Shown: one piece after another, positions 52,254 through 53,929 of the stretch
Position numbering within the stretch: the stretch's first letter is position 1
Layout of the letters: each line of letters opens with the position of its first letter
Assembly: GCF_006345805.1 (NCBI RefSeq)
Contig: NW_021834700.1
Coordinates: 1-53,929, forward strand
Direction: 5' to 3'
Length of the DNA: 53,929 nt
From: Octopus sinensis
Taxonomy: Eukaryota
The notes under the pieces: model-generated
The model's input: only the letters and a program-made list of their open reading frames with translations
What the model was told of the DNA's origin: nothing
Database searches by the model: none
Translations under genes and position numbers: made by a program

Positions 52254-53384
52254 TATTCGTCCCTTTTGCTGTCCTGGTGTCCGTATGCATTCGATCCTTC
52301 TTCCAGGAAATCTACGCTCCCAGCTTAGTTTTTCTAATGCTCGTTGCTTAGTTTTTCTTGGAGGGCTGGCCGTGATCTAGTAATCTCAAGATTAATCAGC
52401 CGAAATTACTACGATGATCCGGTTCTTGACTGAAGACTGAGGGTTTCGAATGTCCTGTCCGTGTTTATAGTATCGTCTCCTAAGAGTTATACGTTCTTGT
52501 CCATGTTGTATTTTTCTACATACCTTACATATATTCCAGGCGCCACGTACCCTCTTAAACATAATGTCAGCACATATTCTTAATAACTGGTACGACTCTT
52601 TGTTTGTCTCTCTCTCTCTCTCTCACTTTTACTTGATCTGTCCCCTTCTCTCTCTACTCATCCTCTTTTTCTCTTCTCTTTCCTCTGATTCTTTGGTCTA
52701 ATCTTCCACTACCCTCATAATTCTTTGTCTCGCTCTGCACTTACAGGTCAATCTTCGACACCCATCCCTTCTCCTCTCTGATTCCTTCTTTCTTCTCTTC
52801 TCTCTCTTTGTTGCGTTTGTCCCTCCTCTCTCTCTCTCCTCTCTCTCTCTCTCTTCCGTTGCTTCTCTTTCTTTTCTTTTCTCTCTTCTCTGTCACGTGA
52901 CTGCTGCCGAAATCTGCCTTTCAGCTTCTGACCAGCGTCGTGTTAACATCGTTGTTTTTCGTCCGCCGCGCTATAGGCATCGCCGATAAGGCTCCTTTCC
53001 TTGCGCCAGAGAAATAATTGTTTGCCTGTTATCAGTCGTAAGACACTTGTTGTTGTTTTCACCGTTATTCTTCTGTAGTTCATGTTTCTGTATTCATTAT
53101 TTTTTTGTTTTTTTATATTCGTCCTTTTGCTGTCCTGGTGTCCGTATGCATTCGATCCTTCTTCCAGGAAATCTACGCTCCCAGCTTAGTTTTTCTAATG
53201 CTCGTTGCTTAGTTTTTCTTGGAGGGCTGGCCGTGATCTAGTAATCTCAAGATAATCAGCCGAAATTACTACGATGATCCGGTTCTTGACTGAAGACTGA
53301 GGGTTTCGAATGTCCTGTCCGTGTTTATTGTATCGTCTTCTAAGAGTTATACGTTCTTGTCCATGTTTTTTTCTACATACCTTA
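52254..53384 (+). mobile_element. Two about 270-bp direct repeats (52254-52527 and 53116-53384) flanking a CT-rich spacer with a decayed HHR-like motif; probably PLE-derived
   Basis: The repeats are more than 95% identical by eye, offset 862 bp. Motif ggca..CCGATAA..GAAATAATTGTT-tgcc at 52976-53026. Confidence 0.65.
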
Positions 53385-53929
53385 ATATATATATATATAT
53401 ATATATAATATATAAATATAATATATATATAAATATGTGTGTATGTGCGTGTGAGTGTATGCATGTGTGTGTGTGCGTGTGTGTCTTGAATATGTTATGT
53501 ACCTTTTATTGGGAAGAAAGATAGTATAAAAGAACATAAAAATTATGTCTATTATATGTGGAGAGGTTTGGGAGAGGAAAGAATATGGAGAGAAAAGAGA
53601 TAAGGAAGTTGAAAAAGAAGAAAAGTATAGGTGCAATGAAAGCCTGTATTATGAAAACAAAAATAGAAAATGGAGGAAAGAATAAGAAAGAAGGAACGAA
53701 AAAAGAAGAAAAGACATTAATGAAGGAAAGCGTTTCTGGAATAAGAACCGTCAGCAGATTTAAATTAGGTAGAGAGAAAATGCGTTTATATGAAAACAGA
53801 AAGAAAATGCTGTGTGTGATGGTTATATGATAAAGAGATGCATTTTGAAAATAATAAATCGTTGAATTTTTTATAGGGACTCAGAACGATAAAATGCCTC
53901 TTGTATTTTCGCTTACGTTAATGATTAAA

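Overview
AT-rich, repeat-saturated animal DNA, most likely Octopus (inferred from the tRNA-derived SINE families and the very long TA/TG/TATC/TAT microsatellites). No host protein-coding gene can be assigned with confidence. Nearly all ORFs in the supplied track are microsatellite or SINE read-throughs. The real protein-derived sequences are decayed transposon ORFs: Penelope-like (PLE) GIY-YIG endonuclease remnants, CR1/L2-group LINE 3' ends, an RTE-type 3' end, and a DD37D (maT-type) Tc1/mariner transposase split by a LINE. The main result from reading the sequence by hand is a dense set of type I hammerhead ribozyme (HHR) motifs from several apparently distinct PLE-related families. Three keep an intact catalytic core (22621-22681 +, 29317-29361 -, 32277-32364 -). 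A fourth is near-intact (21621-21721 +), and about seven more are degenerate. Most have a palindromic stem III, and two carry an unusually long, branched stem II. Other notable structures: a 153-bp x3 tandem array built on a retroposon 3' end, an inverted PLE-tail pair, an 862-bp-spaced direct repeat and a duplicated exon-like segment. All folds were derived by eye, none were computed or tested, and repeat boundaries are approximate.
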